The position numbers were made by a program, and so were the translations under genes. This document shows, piece after piece, positions 23,105-33,668 of a stretch of 64,000 bases of DNA (position 1 is the stretch's first letter; each line of letters starts with the position of its first letter). A model generated the notes under the pieces. The model did not search any database. It was not told the DNA's origin and saw only the letters and a list, made by a program, of their open reading frames with translations. Origin of the DNA: Syntrophales bacterium (GTDB lineage Bacteria > Desulfobacterota > Syntrophia > Syntrophales > UBA2192); contig DAOTMG010000005.1 of assembly GCA_035450185.1 (NCBI GenBank), positions 7,597 through 71,596 of the forward strand. The letters run 5' to 3'.

Positions 23105-23683
23105 TCATTCAACGCAGAAATAACGTCGGAGAGCATCGTATTTCTTTTCCTTGATCCCCTTGACGTTCCGGAGATCGGAAACGGTCCTAAAAGGGCCGTT
23201 TCCCCGCCGGTAGTCGATGATCCGCAGCGCCGTCTTTTCGCCGATTCCGGGCACGACTTCGAGATCGGCCTGTGACGCTGAATTCAGGTCGATCGGAAGA
23301 CCCAGTGCATACCGCATCGAACCGGTCATTCCGCCGACGGTGACCGACGATGCCCCTGCGGGGCCGGCGGCCCGGACGGTCACCACGGATGCATTCTTCA
23401 GACGTTCTTTCGATACGGCTGCCGCCGGCATCCGGTCCGCGTCGACGCCGGCCACGGCCAAGAAATCCCGCAGACTCGACCCGCGGGGGATGAAGTAAAC
23501 GCCCCGGTGCCCCGCCTCCCCCGCGAGCGCGACGACCCAGTCGCCGCTTTTTCCGTTGCTGTGAGGCGGCCGCTCGCCCGTCGCGCCGGGGGACAGCACA
23601 GGGGCCGCCAACCTGAAAAAACAGAAGGCGACCGCTATCATGACGATAACCGCCGCCCCGCGTATTGGATCCCGATTTTTCAT
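23105..23683 (-). CDS. comEA: ComEA-family helix-hairpin-helix DNA-binding protein
   Basis: N-terminal TM segment and a SLBB-like middle region. C-terminal HhH motif LNSASQADLEVVPGIGEKTALRIIDYR..GPF. Confidence 0.85.
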   Translation of the reverse strand: MKNRDPIRGAAVIVMIAVAFCFFRLAAPVLSPGATGERPPHSNGKSGDWVVALAGEAGHRGVYFIPRGSSLRDFLAVAGVDADRMPAAAVSKERLKNASVVTVRAAGPAGASSVTVGGMTGSMRYALGLPIDLNSASQADLEVVPGIGEKTALRIIDYRRGNGPFRTVSDLRNVKGIKEKKYDALRRYFCVE

Positions 23684-23715
23684 GGCGCGATGAGAGTGTC
23701 CCCCGCTGCAGCCGA

Positions 23716-24936
23716 TTACTTCAAATTTTCGAGCCCGAAAGCGTCATGAAGAACCATGACGGCCAGTTCCGTGTATTTCGCCTCGATGACGCAGGAGATC
23801 TTGATCTCCGATGTGCTGATCATGAGGATGTTGATGCCCTCGCTTGCCAGGGCGGAGAACATCCTCGAAGCCACACCGGCATGACTTCTCATCCCCACCC
23901 CGACGATCGACACCTTGGAAATGTTCTCGTCGTATTCGACGCCCTGGGCCCCGACCTCCTTGGCCGCAACCTCGATCATCTGCCTCACCTCCCGGATATC
24001 CTTCCTCGAAACCGTGAAGGAAAGGTCCGTGTAGGCATCGATGCTGGCGTTCTGGATGATCATATCCACGGGGATGTTCTTGTCGGAAATCGGGGTGAAC
24101 AACCGCGCGGCGATGCCGGGTCTGTCCGGAACCCGGACCACCGTCACCTTGGCCTGGTCCCTGTCATAACTCACACCCGAAACGACGACCTTTTCCATTT
24201 CGCTATCCTCCTTTGTCACCAGTGTTCCCGCATTATCATTGAAGGACGATCTCACGAAGACGGGGACGTTGTATTTCTTGGCCAGTTCCACCGATCTGGG
24301 GTGAAGGACCTTCGCCCCCGCGCTCGTCATCTCGAGCATCTCATCGTAGGAGATCCTGGAGAGTTTGACCGCCTTGCTGCAGAGATTGGGATCGGTGGTA
24401 TAGACACCCTCGACGTCGGTGTAGATCTCACAGATATCGGCTTTCAGTACCGCCGCAATGGCGACGGCGCTGGTGTCCGACCCGCCCCTGCCGAGGGTCG
24501 TGATGTTGTTGTTTTCGTCGACGCCCTGGAAACCGGCGACAACGACGATCCCCCCGTTCTTCAACTCCTCCCCGATGACCTTCGTGTCGACCTTCAGGAT
24601 CCTGGCCCGTCCGTGGGCCGAGTCCGTCCGGATTTTCACCTGGTGGGCCAGGAAGGACTTCGCCCGGTGCCCCATCCTGTTCAGCATGCTGGCCAGAAGC
24701 GCCACCGTCACCATTTCGCCCGTTGCGATCAGGGCGTCGTGTTCCCTCTCGTCGGGTCTGTCCGAGGCCCCGTGGGACAGGGCGATGAGCCGGTCTGTTT
24801 CGCCGGCCATGGCCGACAGCACCACCACCAGCTGATTCCCCGCCTCTTTTGTCTGGATCACCCGTTGCGCCACGCTCCTGATCTTATCCAGATTGGCGAC
24901 CGATGTCCCCCCGTATTTTTGAACAATGAGACCCAT
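23716..24936 (-). CDS. lysC: Aspartate kinase
   Basis: N-terminus is MGLIVQKYGGTSV, followed by the kinase fold and two C-terminal ACT domains. Confidence 0.95.
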   Translation of the reverse strand: MGLIVQKYGGTSVANLDKIRSVAQRVIQTKEAGNQLVVVLSAMAGETDRLIALSHGASDRPDEREHDALIATGEMVTVALLASMLNRMGHRAKSFLAHQVKIRTDSAHGRARILKVDTKVIGEELKNGGIVVVAGFQGVDENNNITTLGRGGSDTSAVAIAAVLKADICEIYTDVEGVYTTDPNLCSKAVKLSRISYDEMLEMTSAGAKVLHPRSVELAKKYNVPVFVRSSFNDNAGTLVTKEDSEMEKVVVSGVSYDRDQAKVTVVRVPDRPGIAARLFTPISDKNIPVDMIIQNASIDAYTDLSFTVSRKDIREVRQMIEVAAKEVGAQGVEYDENISKVSIVGVGMRSHAGVASRMFSALASEGINILMISTSEIKISCVIEAKYTELAVMVLHDAFGLENLK

Positions 24937-25482
24937 CTATATGAAACCTCCTTCGGTTAACGCTTTCGCGACCCTCGTCATCCTGTCTTTCGGCCCGGAT
25001 AGTCTGATTTCCCGGGTGTTTTCATCGACGTACCGGAGGCGGATCCAATGGCTCTTGTCCCTCGGCAGAAGACTTTCGATCTTCTCCGCCCATTCGACGA
25101 CGACAACGCCGTCCCCGTAAAAGTACTCCTCATAGCCGAGGTCCTCGAGATCGACCGGACCGGACAGACGGTAGATATCGAGGTGGTAGAGCGTGACATC
25201 CCCAGGGTATTCGTTGATGAGCGTGAACGTGGGGCTCGTCACGGGATTATTCGGCGAAACGCCCAACCCCCGGGCGATCCCCTGGGTGATGCAGGTCTTG
25301 CCCGACCCCAGTTCCCCCACGAGGGCGACGACGTCCCCCGGGGCAAGGCATCTGCCGAGAATCTCCCCGAGGCGAAGGGTGTCCTCGGCGGAGTTCGACA
25401 GGATCTTCAGGGTCCCGGCACCTTCCCTCATGAAGGAGTCCCTTACATGTCCTTTCGATGAAAGAAAAGAAAAATTTTTCAC
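24937..25482 (-). CDS. tsaE: tRNA t6A biosynthesis ATPase TsaE
   Basis: P-loop GELGSGKT and the motif TSPTFTLINEY. The start could be the downstream ATG at 25431. Confidence 0.88.
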   Translation of the reverse strand: MKNFSFLSSKGHVRDSFMREGAGTLKILSNSAEDTLRLGEILGRCLAPGDVVALVGELGSGKTCITQGIARGLGVSPNNPVTSPTFTLINEYPGDVTLYHLDIYRLSGPVDLEDLGYEEYFYGDGVVVVEWAEKIESLLPRDKSHWIRLRYVDENTREIRLSGPKDRMTRVAKALTEGGFI

Positions 25483-25494
25483 TTCCGGCGGGTC

Positions 25495-25866
25495 TCAGGC
25501 CTCCATGACGACCAGGGCCGAAGCCTGGTGATCCGTGTGGGTCAGGCTCAGGCAGACACGCAGAACGCCGCGTTCCTCCAGTGCCCTCCGGACGGTCCCA
25601 CTCAGATCGAATCCGGGTTTTCCGTCGGCGTCGTTCAGGATCTCGATGTCCCTCATCGCGAGTCCGCGGGAACCGCCGAGGGCTTTGATGAAGGCCTCTT
25701 TCGCGGCAAACCGTCCGGCGTAGTGGACATGAGGCCGGGCGTGCCTCCGGCAGTAGACGATCTCCCGCTCGGAGAAGACCCTCTTTTCGAAGCGCTCGCC
25801 CCAGCGTCGGAGCGCCCGCTCCAGCCGCGGAATCTCCACCAGATCAATCCCGATGCCGTAAATCAT
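25495..25866 (-). CDS. acpS: Holo-[acyl-carrier-protein] synthase
   Basis: 123 aa, beginning MIYGIGIDLVEI, with the motif FAAKEAF. Confidence 0.93.
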   Translation of the reverse strand: MIYGIGIDLVEIPRLERALRRWGERFEKRVFSEREIVYCRRHARPHVHYAGRFAAKEAFIKALGGSRGLAMRDIEILNDADGKPGFDLSGTVRRALEERGVLRVCLSLTHTDHQASALVVMEA

Positions 25867-27118
25867 TTCCGTCCCTCGCGAGGGCGTCGGCCGTGGCGGA
25901 TACCCTCTTCATGAACCGGACGTCGTGGACTCTCAGGATGTTCGCCCCGTTCATAATGGCGGCTGTCACGGCGGCGGCCGTCCCTTCCACCCGTTCGGCG
26001 GGCACCTTGACGCCCGTGGAAACCCCGAGGAAGGCTTTCCTGGAGGGACCGAGCGCAATGGGGCGGCCCAGCGTCTTCAATTCCCGCAGATGCCGGATGA
26101 GTGTGAAATTGTCCTCCATCCGCTTGCCGAAACCGATCCCCGGGTCGACGATGATATTTTCCCTGGCCACGCCCGCGGCAACGGCCTTTTCGATGCGCAT
26201 ACCCAGAAACCGGATGATCTCCCCCGTCAGGGAGCGGTAACGGAGATCCCCCTCCTGCATGGTCCGGGGGGTGCCCCTCATGTGCATCAGAATGACGGCG
26301 ACGCGACTGGCCGCCATCACCCCCGCCATTTTCCTGTCGTAACGCATGGCACTGACGTCATTGATGATCTCGGCACCGGCATCGACGGCGGCCCGAGCGA
26401 CTTCGGCTTTCATGGTGTCCGCCGAAAGAGGCGTGCCGATCCTGCGGGCGAGCCGGTCGATCAGGGGAATGACGCGCTTGATCTCCTCCCTGTAACTCAA
26501 CCGCCTCGAACCGGGCCGCGTCGACTCCCCGCCGATGTCAATCAGGTCGGCTCCTTCCTCCTCGAGCCTCACACCGTAGTCCACGGCGTCATCGATGTTC
26601 CCGAACCGGCCGCCGTCGGAAAAGGAATCCGGCGTCATATTGATGATTCCCATGATCAGGGTCCGGCCGCCAATGGCGATCCGCCTTCTCGGCGTCGTCA
26701 GCACAAAGCTGTCCCTTCGAAGGTTGGACAGAAGGTCGCCGAGACCCGCGGAGATATCTCTCAAACCGAGGGGCTGACGGGAGATCTTTTCGATGAAGCG
26801 CTCGATCTGCTTCTCCGTTCCCATGACAATGACGTCGGTCCGTCGGACCGTGCAGTCGATCGTCCCTCTGGAAACCGCTGCGTCTCCGCCCAGAGCCAGC
26901 ATCTCCTGTTTGATGATGTTCGCCACCGCGGGCCGGAGTCCGTCGATCCGGATGTTGACGCCGGACATTTTCGGCGCCATCGCCGCGATGCCGTAGGGGT
27001 CCACACCGATTTCCTTCAGGCACCGCACGGCCTCGACCGGAGATGAGATCTGGAGGTACCTCACATGCCGCCTCGCATCTCGCTTAAAAAAAGGGTGCGT
27101 GAAAACGCACCTTTTCAC
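25844..27118 (-). CDS. folP: Dihydropteroate synthase with an N-terminal extension of about 140 aa
   Basis: Pterin-binding core (GIINMTPDSFSDGG, DIGGEST). The N-terminal 140 aa has no counterpart in E. coli FolP. Confidence 0.9.
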   Translation of the reverse strand: MKRCVFTHPFFKRDARRHVRYLQISSPVEAVRCLKEIGVDPYGIAAMAPKMSGVNIRIDGLRPAVANIIKQEMLALGGDAAVSRGTIDCTVRRTDVIVMGTEKQIERFIEKISRQPLGLRDISAGLGDLLSNLRRDSFVLTTPRRRIAIGGRTLIMGIINMTPDSFSDGGRFGNIDDAVDYGVRLEEEGADLIDIGGESTRPGSRRLSYREEIKRVIPLIDRLARRIGTPLSADTMKAEVARAAVDAGAEIINDVSAMRYDRKMAGVMAASRVAVILMHMRGTPRTMQEGDLRYRSLTGEIIRFLGMRIEKAVAAGVARENIIVDPGIGFGKRMEDNFTLIRHLRELKTLGRPIALGPSRKAFLGVSTGVKVPAERVEGTAAAVTAAIMNGANILRVHDVRFMKRVSATADALARDGNDLRHRD

Positions 27119-27166
27119 ACAACCTCGAGCGACGTCGATTCGGAAAGACCCGCGGAAAGACCGCTT

Positions 27167-28990
<1,824 letters not shown>

Positions 28991-29084
28991 CAGATCGACT
29001 CCTTCCTGCTAATCCATGGACGTAGATCCCGGCGGGAGCGCATCCCTCCAGTGGACATTGAATTACAACAGAAATCCTTGAATT

Positions 29085-30503
29085 TCAATTAATTTCTATT
29101 TTTAAAACCGTCTCCGTCCCCGGCCGGATCCTCACTCGTTCCGACATCCTCAGGCCGGGAACCCAGAGGACGGATTTTCTGTCCGCGACAACGGGAAGCC
29201 TGTCCCTCTCGTCCCTTGCGATCTTCTCGTCGATGAAGAGAGACTTGACCTTCTTGCGACCCTTCATGCCGAGGGGCTGGATCCGGTCCCCGGGGCGGAC
29301 ATTCCTCACCACAACCGGAAGGACGATCCGGTCGTAATCCATGTAGACCCTCTTTCCGCAATCGAAGCGCGCATCCCCGGCGCCGACGAAATCAAAGGAC
29401 AGTCTCCGGCCGGCTTCCGCGACCCCGACGGCGCCCGGCACACGGACATCGTAGGAATAGTCCCCCTGCGGTCGAGAGGCCCGCCCGTTCTTTCGCGGCG
29501 AAGACCCCGTCCTTCTGCCCCTCGCCATGACCAGCATCCCGTACTCGCGGCAGACCCTGATTTCTCCCGGCAAGTCCAGGGCCTTTCCCGTTCTGCCCGC
29601 GGTGATCAGCCCCTGAACGGCCTCGACATGGACATGGCCGATCTCCGCCCCTTTCCGGGCGAGACGCTGGAGAAGCCCGAGAATCACCCTTTTGCGCAGG
29701 GCCGGATGGAGCCCTTCGAGTTTTTCGATCTTCACGCGGCAGGCGGTTCGATCGCCCCCGAGGCCCCATGCTTCGATCAGGCCGTCCACCACGGAGTTTA
29801 TATAGTCATTTTCATCGGCGATGATGCGGGCGAGTTGAGCGATATTTTCCTCCACCCGGGGGTTGTACGTCACGAGAATCTCTCCGATGAGATGGTGCCG
29901 GATCCTGTTGCGATGAAAGGCCTCCGATGCATTGGTGCTGTCCAGGACATAATCGAGTTTTTCCTCCTGGAGAAACAGGAGGATCTCCTTCCGGGTCGCC
30001 TCCAGAATCGGACGGATATAGACACCGTCCCGGATGGGAAGCATCCCCTTCATCCCCTCGAGACCGCTTCCCCTCAAAAGGTGCATGAGGACCGTCTCGG
30101 CCTGATCGCTTCGATTGTGTCCCAGCGCGATTTTGTCATACCCGAGTTTCTCCCGGGCCGCCGCGAGGAACCGGTACCGTTCCTCCCGGCAGAACGCTTC
30201 GAGATTCGTCTCCGTCCCTTTCTTCAGCCGTCGGGGGTCCATGCGTTTCGTTGACAGGGGAACGCCGAGACTCCGGCACAGACCCCCGACAAAGGCTTCC
30301 TCCTCCCGCGATTCCGGACCCCGGAGCCGGTGGTTGAAATAGGCCGCACCGATTTCGATGCGCCACTTTCCGGCCAGACGCTGAAGGCAGCGCAGGCACG
30401 CGACGGAGTCGGGACCGCCGGAAAGGGCCACGAGGACCCGCTCCCCGGGGCGAATCATGTCGTGCTCCCTGATCGTTTTTTCGACTTTCAGCAACAGTTT
30501 CAT
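29085..30503 (-). CDS. tilS: tRNA(Ile)-lysidine synthase
   Basis: PP-loop SGGPDS and a TilS C-terminal domain. Confidence 0.92.
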   Translation of the reverse strand: MKLLLKVEKTIREHDMIRPGERVLVALSGGPDSVACLRCLQRLAGKWRIEIGAAYFNHRLRGPESREEEAFVGGLCRSLGVPLSTKRMDPRRLKKGTETNLEAFCREERYRFLAAAREKLGYDKIALGHNRSDQAETVLMHLLRGSGLEGMKGMLPIRDGVYIRPILEATRKEILLFLQEEKLDYVLDSTNASEAFHRNRIRHHLIGEILVTYNPRVEENIAQLARIIADENDYINSVVDGLIEAWGLGGDRTACRVKIEKLEGLHPALRKRVILGLLQRLARKGAEIGHVHVEAVQGLITAGRTGKALDLPGEIRVCREYGMLVMARGRRTGSSPRKNGRASRPQGDYSYDVRVPGAVGVAEAGRRLSFDFVGAGDARFDCGKRVYMDYDRIVLPVVVRNVRPGDRIQPLGMKGRKKVKSLFIDEKIARDERDRLPVVADRKSVLWVPGLRMSERVRIRPGTETVLKIEIN

Positions 30504-31144
30504 GCGAAAAAGGTCTTCAGCTCATCGAGGCGTTCGCAGGTGAGGTCCGGTTCAAGCGCCAGCAGGTCGGTACGGGGCGCCAGACCGTTCAGAAACGCGC
30601 AGGAGAGCGCGCCGGCGCTTCTGGCGAGGAGGACGTCCTGGGGGCCGTCCCCGATCACGGCCGTGCGGTCCGGATTCGCCCGGAAACGCTCCATGAGCGG
30701 CCGGATCAACCGCGGATCCGGTTTGACGTAGGGCGTCGAGTCACCGGCGATGATGTCGTCGAAGTGCCCTTTCAGGTCCAGGGCTTCCGCAATTCTCATC
30801 GTGAAGACGTGACTCTTGTTCGTCAGGATGACCTTCCGTTTTTCCCGAAAATGCTCCAGGACCTCCCGGACCCCGGGGTAGAGCCCCGTCGAATCCAGCA
30901 GGTGCTTCCCGTAGACGTCCCTGAACATCGAAAGGGCCCTGTCGAAGAGATCCCGGTGAGCCGCACCGAGGGACCGTTCGATCAGTTTGTTCACACCGTC
31001 CCCCACAAAACGGATGATCCTTTCCCGCTCCAGCGGCTGAAGACCGAGGCCCCGCAACGTTCGGTTCACGGAGCTTGCAATATCCTCTCCGGATTGGACC
31101 AGGGTCCCGTCAAAATCAAAGACCATGAGATCGATCGGCTTCAT
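30500..31144 (-). CDS. HAD-superfamily hydrolase (phosphoglycolate phosphatase-like)
   Basis: DFDGTL motif I and the GDG..D motif. The stop overlaps the tilS start (ATGA). Confidence 0.8.
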   Translation of the reverse strand: MKPIDLMVFDFDGTLVQSGEDIASSVNRTLRGLGLQPLERERIIRFVGDGVNKLIERSLGAAHRDLFDRALSMFRDVYGKHLLDSTGLYPGVREVLEHFREKRKVILTNKSHVFTMRIAEALDLKGHFDDIIAGDSTPYVKPDPRLIRPLMERFRANPDRTAVIGDGPQDVLLARSAGALSCAFLNGLAPRTDLLALEPDLTCERLDELKTFFA

Positions 31145-31258
31145 TGGCCATCCCTGCGGTGTAAAAATATAATTTCCTTGTGAAAATATATATAATCTCC
31201 TGCGGGATTACAAGGGTCAAACGGGGCAAGACCGTTCGTGTCCCGGTACTTATTTTGA

Positions 31259-31287
31259 TTGACGCCCCCGGCCATCTATGGTAGGGC
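31259..31287 (+). promoter_or_regulatory. Sigma-70-like promoter of the panB leader
   Basis: TTGACG, 17 nt, TAGGGC (weak -10). The geometry relative to the conserved leader block matches the panC leader promoter. Confidence 0.45.
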
Positions 31288-31292
31288 ACAAT

Positions 31293-31336
31293 CACCCGCT
31301 TGGATCCGTGAATTCAGGACTGAGACGGAAGGTTGG
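31293..31336 (+). promoter_or_regulatory. Conserved pan-operon leader element, copy 1 (candidate cis-regulatory RNA)
   Basis: CACCCGCTTGGATCCG-[variable hairpin]-GACGGAAGGTTG. The same two blocks occur upstream of panC on the other strand (55133..55173). Confidence 0.6.
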
Positions 31337-31368
31337 AAGAACATAGGATGTCCCCATCGCTTTGACAA

Positions 31369-31401
31369 GGCCTTCCCCTGCCGTCCGGAAGGCCTTTTTT
31401 T
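31369..31401 (+). terminator. Intrinsic terminator/attenuator in the panB-operon leader
   Basis: Stem GGCCTTCC/GGAAGGCC with a 10-nt loop, followed by T7. It ends 5 nt before the ATG at 31407. Confidence 0.7.
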
Positions 31402-31406
31402 CGATC

Positions 31407-32318
31407 ATGAAAGACCCCGCGGTAAGAAAGGAAATGGAAAAGGACGCCGTCGCCATTCTCGGTCTCGGCAAGGTCGGCACCGCCGTCGGCTTTTTCCTTC
31501 GCCGTGCCGGATACCCCGTCTCCGCCGTGGCCGCTCGTTCGACGGCGTCGGCATCCAGAGGAGTGGAATTCACCGGCGGCACGATCTTCGAGGATTACAC
31601 GGAAGCGGCGCGGAGGGGATCCTTCATCCTGATCACGACGGTCGATGACGCCATTGCCCCCGTCTGCGAAAGGATCGCCCGGGGAGGCGCCGTCGGCCCC
31701 GGGAAAAAGGTCGTGCACATGAGCGGCGCCTGCGGACTCGACGTTCTTCGATCCGCGAAGGAGACGGGAGCCTCTGTGGCCTGCATACACCCGATCCAGT
31801 CCTTTGCCGATGTCCGAAACGCCATCGAAAACATCCCGGGCAGTTCTTTCGGTGTCACCGCCGAAGGGGAGATCGAGCCCTGGGCCCTGCAGGTCGTCCA
31901 GGACCTCGGCGGCCGATCGTTCATCATCGCCGATGCCGACAAACCTCTGTACCACGCGGCGGCATGCATGGCCTCCAATTACCTGGTCACCCTGATGCAC
32001 CTCGTCGAGAGGATCTATCGGAGGATCGGCCTCGAAGGCGACGATGCCCTGCGGGCGTTCTGGCCTCTCGTCCGCGGGACCATCCGGAATATCGAAGCGA
32101 AGGGAACGGTCCAGTCTCTCACGGGACCCATCTCCCGTGGAGACGTCGGCACCGTGAAGAAGCACGTGGAGGCCTTTGAGAAGGAAATCCCGGAACTGGA
32201 CGGCCTCTACAGGGCCCTGGGTCTCCAGGCCGCAGCCGTGGGGTTTGAAAAAGGGACGCTTTCTGCGGAGAAGGTTCAGGAAATCAAAACGCTTCTCATG
32301 GAGGGGAGATTGAAATGA
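31407..32318 (+). CDS. Rossmann-fold DUF2520-type oxidoreductase (candidate ketopantoate reductase)
   Basis: [10 protein letters not shown] dinucleotide-binding motif and a DUF2520-like C-terminal half. The stop overlaps the panB start. The start is uncertain (31407 or 31434). Confidence 0.7.
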   Translation: MKDPAVRKEMEKDAVAILGLGKVGTAVGFFLRRAGYPVSAVAARSTASASRGVEFTGGTIFEDYTEAARRGSFILITTVDDAIAPVCERIARGGAVGPGKKVVHMSGACGLDVLRSAKETGASVACIHPIQSFADVRNAIENIPGSSFGVTAEGEIEPWALQVVQDLGGRSFIIADADKPLYHAAACMASNYLVTLMHLVERIYRRIGLEGDDALRAFWPLVRGTIRNIEAKGTVQSLTGPISRGDVGTVKKHVEAFEKEIPELDGLYRALGLQAAAVGFEKGTLSAEKVQEIKTLLMEGRLK

Positions 32319-33130
32319 GCACACAGAGCAAGATCACCACCGTCACCACCGCCGTCGTCCGGCAGATGAAACAGAAAAAAGAGAAAATCACCATGTTGAC
32401 CGCCTACGATTACCCGACGGCGGCGGCCGTGGACGAGGCCGGCATCGACATCATCCTCGTCGGGGATTCGCTGGGCATGGTGGTCCTCGGGTATGACAGC
32501 ACGCTGCCCGTGACGATGGAGGACATGATTCGCCACACCAAGGCGGTCACGCGGGCGGCGAAGCGCGCCATGGTGATCGGCGACATGCCGTTCATGTCCT
32601 ACCAGGTTTCCGTCGAGGAGGCCCTGCGCAATGCCGGCCGATTCATGCAGGAGGCCGGGGCCCACGGAATCAAACTTGAAGGGGGCCGGGAGGTTGCAGA
32701 GGTGACGCGCCGGATCGTCCAGGCGGGCATCCCCGTCATGGCCCATATCGGCCTCACGCCGCAGTCGGTGCACCAGCTCGGCGGATACAAAGTGCAGGGC
32801 AAGGATCACCCCTCGGCGATGAGGCTCATGGAAGATGCGAAGATCCTCGAGGAGGCGGGCGCTTTTTCCATCGTCCTGGAGTGCGTGCCGGCGGCGCTGG
32901 CGGAAAAGATCACGACATCGCTCTCGATGGTGACAATCGGCATCGGCGCCGGGGTTCACTGCGACGGGCAGGTTCTCGTCGTCAACGACATGCTGGGGCT
33001 CTTTGAACGATTCACACCCAAGTTCGTCAAAAAATACGCGAATCTGAACGTCGAGATCAAGGCTGCCGTCGGGCAGTACATCCGGGAGGTCCGGGAAGGT
33101 CAGTTCCCCGGCCCGGAACACTCCTTTTAG
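32315..33130 (+). CDS. panB: 3-methyl-2-oxobutanoate hydroxymethyltransferase
   Basis: 271 aa. Motifs include [19 protein letters not shown] and KLEGG. Confidence 0.95.
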   Translation: MSTQSKITTVTTAVVRQMKQKKEKITMLTAYDYPTAAAVDEAGIDIILVGDSLGMVVLGYDSTLPVTMEDMIRHTKAVTRAAKRAMVIGDMPFMSYQVSVEEALRNAGRFMQEAGAHGIKLEGGREVAEVTRRIVQAGIPVMAHIGLTPQSVHQLGGYKVQGKDHPSAMRLMEDAKILEEAGAFSIVLECVPAALAEKITTSLSMVTIGIGAGVHCDGQVLVVNDMLGLFERFTPKFVKKYANLNVEIKAAVGQYIREVREGQFPGPEHSF

Positions 33131-33159
33131 CGGCCTGAAGGCCTCAGGCAGAGACAGGA

Positions 33160-33200
33160 AGACCTCGTACATCCCTGCGAACGGGCGAGGTCTTTCATTC
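33160..33200 (+). terminator. Probable terminator after panB
   Basis: 8-bp stem AGACCTCG/CGAGGTCT with an 18-nt loop, followed by TTCATTC. The T-tract is weak. Confidence 0.4.
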
Positions 33201-33206
33201 GAGATA

Positions 33207-33542
33207 TCAGGGTTTTTCTTCGAGCTTGCCGGCCTTGAAGGCCTCGAGGGCGGATTGGACCGTCCCCGAGGCGCCGATGTAGATCCTGACGTCGGCCGTC
33301 CTCAGGGCCGCCGTGGCCTTGCGACCGATGTGCCCCGTGAGGACCGCATCCACCCGCTGTCCGGCTACGAGATTCCCGGTAGCCGTTCCCCGGGTCACTC
33401 ACTGGGCCCGTGCGCCTGTGTTTTCAACGGCCCGGTGCTCGTTGGTTTCCATGTCCCAGAAGACAAAGAAGGGGCAACGACCGAAGCGCGGGTCCACCAG
33501 ATCCGTCAAATCCGGACCCGTCGACGAAATGGCGATCTTCAT
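33207..33542 (-). CDS. NifB/NifX-family (FeMo-cofactor-binding-like domain) protein interrupted by one in-frame TGA (33401..33399): selenocysteine candidate or disrupted gene
   Basis: Strong RBS AAAGGAG before the ATG at 33542. The two 63-codon track ORFs are contiguous in the same frame. Together they make a typical 111-aa family member (MKIAISS..DPRFGRCPFF..VENT..[TGA]..VDAVLTGHIG..VRIYIG..EAFKAGKLEE). Confidence 0.6.
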
Positions 33543-33668
33543 TTCTTCTCCTTTCCATGGACCTGTTGGATCCCGAAGGAACGCTTTCAATCCTTTGAAT
33601 CGCGAACCCGGTGGATCCTCGCGGTTTTCCGGAGGGGCCCGCCGGCGGTGTCTTTTCCATGCCGGCCC

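Noticed and set aside
22815-23108. 97-aa ORF in the comEA-carB intergenic region.
   Set aside because: It overlaps the carB promoter, has no RBS and has non-coding-like composition.  The remaining roughly 225 nt upstream of the carB promoter stays unexplained.  I could not see a known RNA there (no SRP, 6S or RNase P signatures).
31362-31406. TTG start at 31362 for the DUF2520 gene, as in the ORF track.
   Set aside because: It would place a strong intrinsic terminator (8-bp GC stem plus T7) inside the coding sequence.  The added residues are not part of the Rossmann fold.
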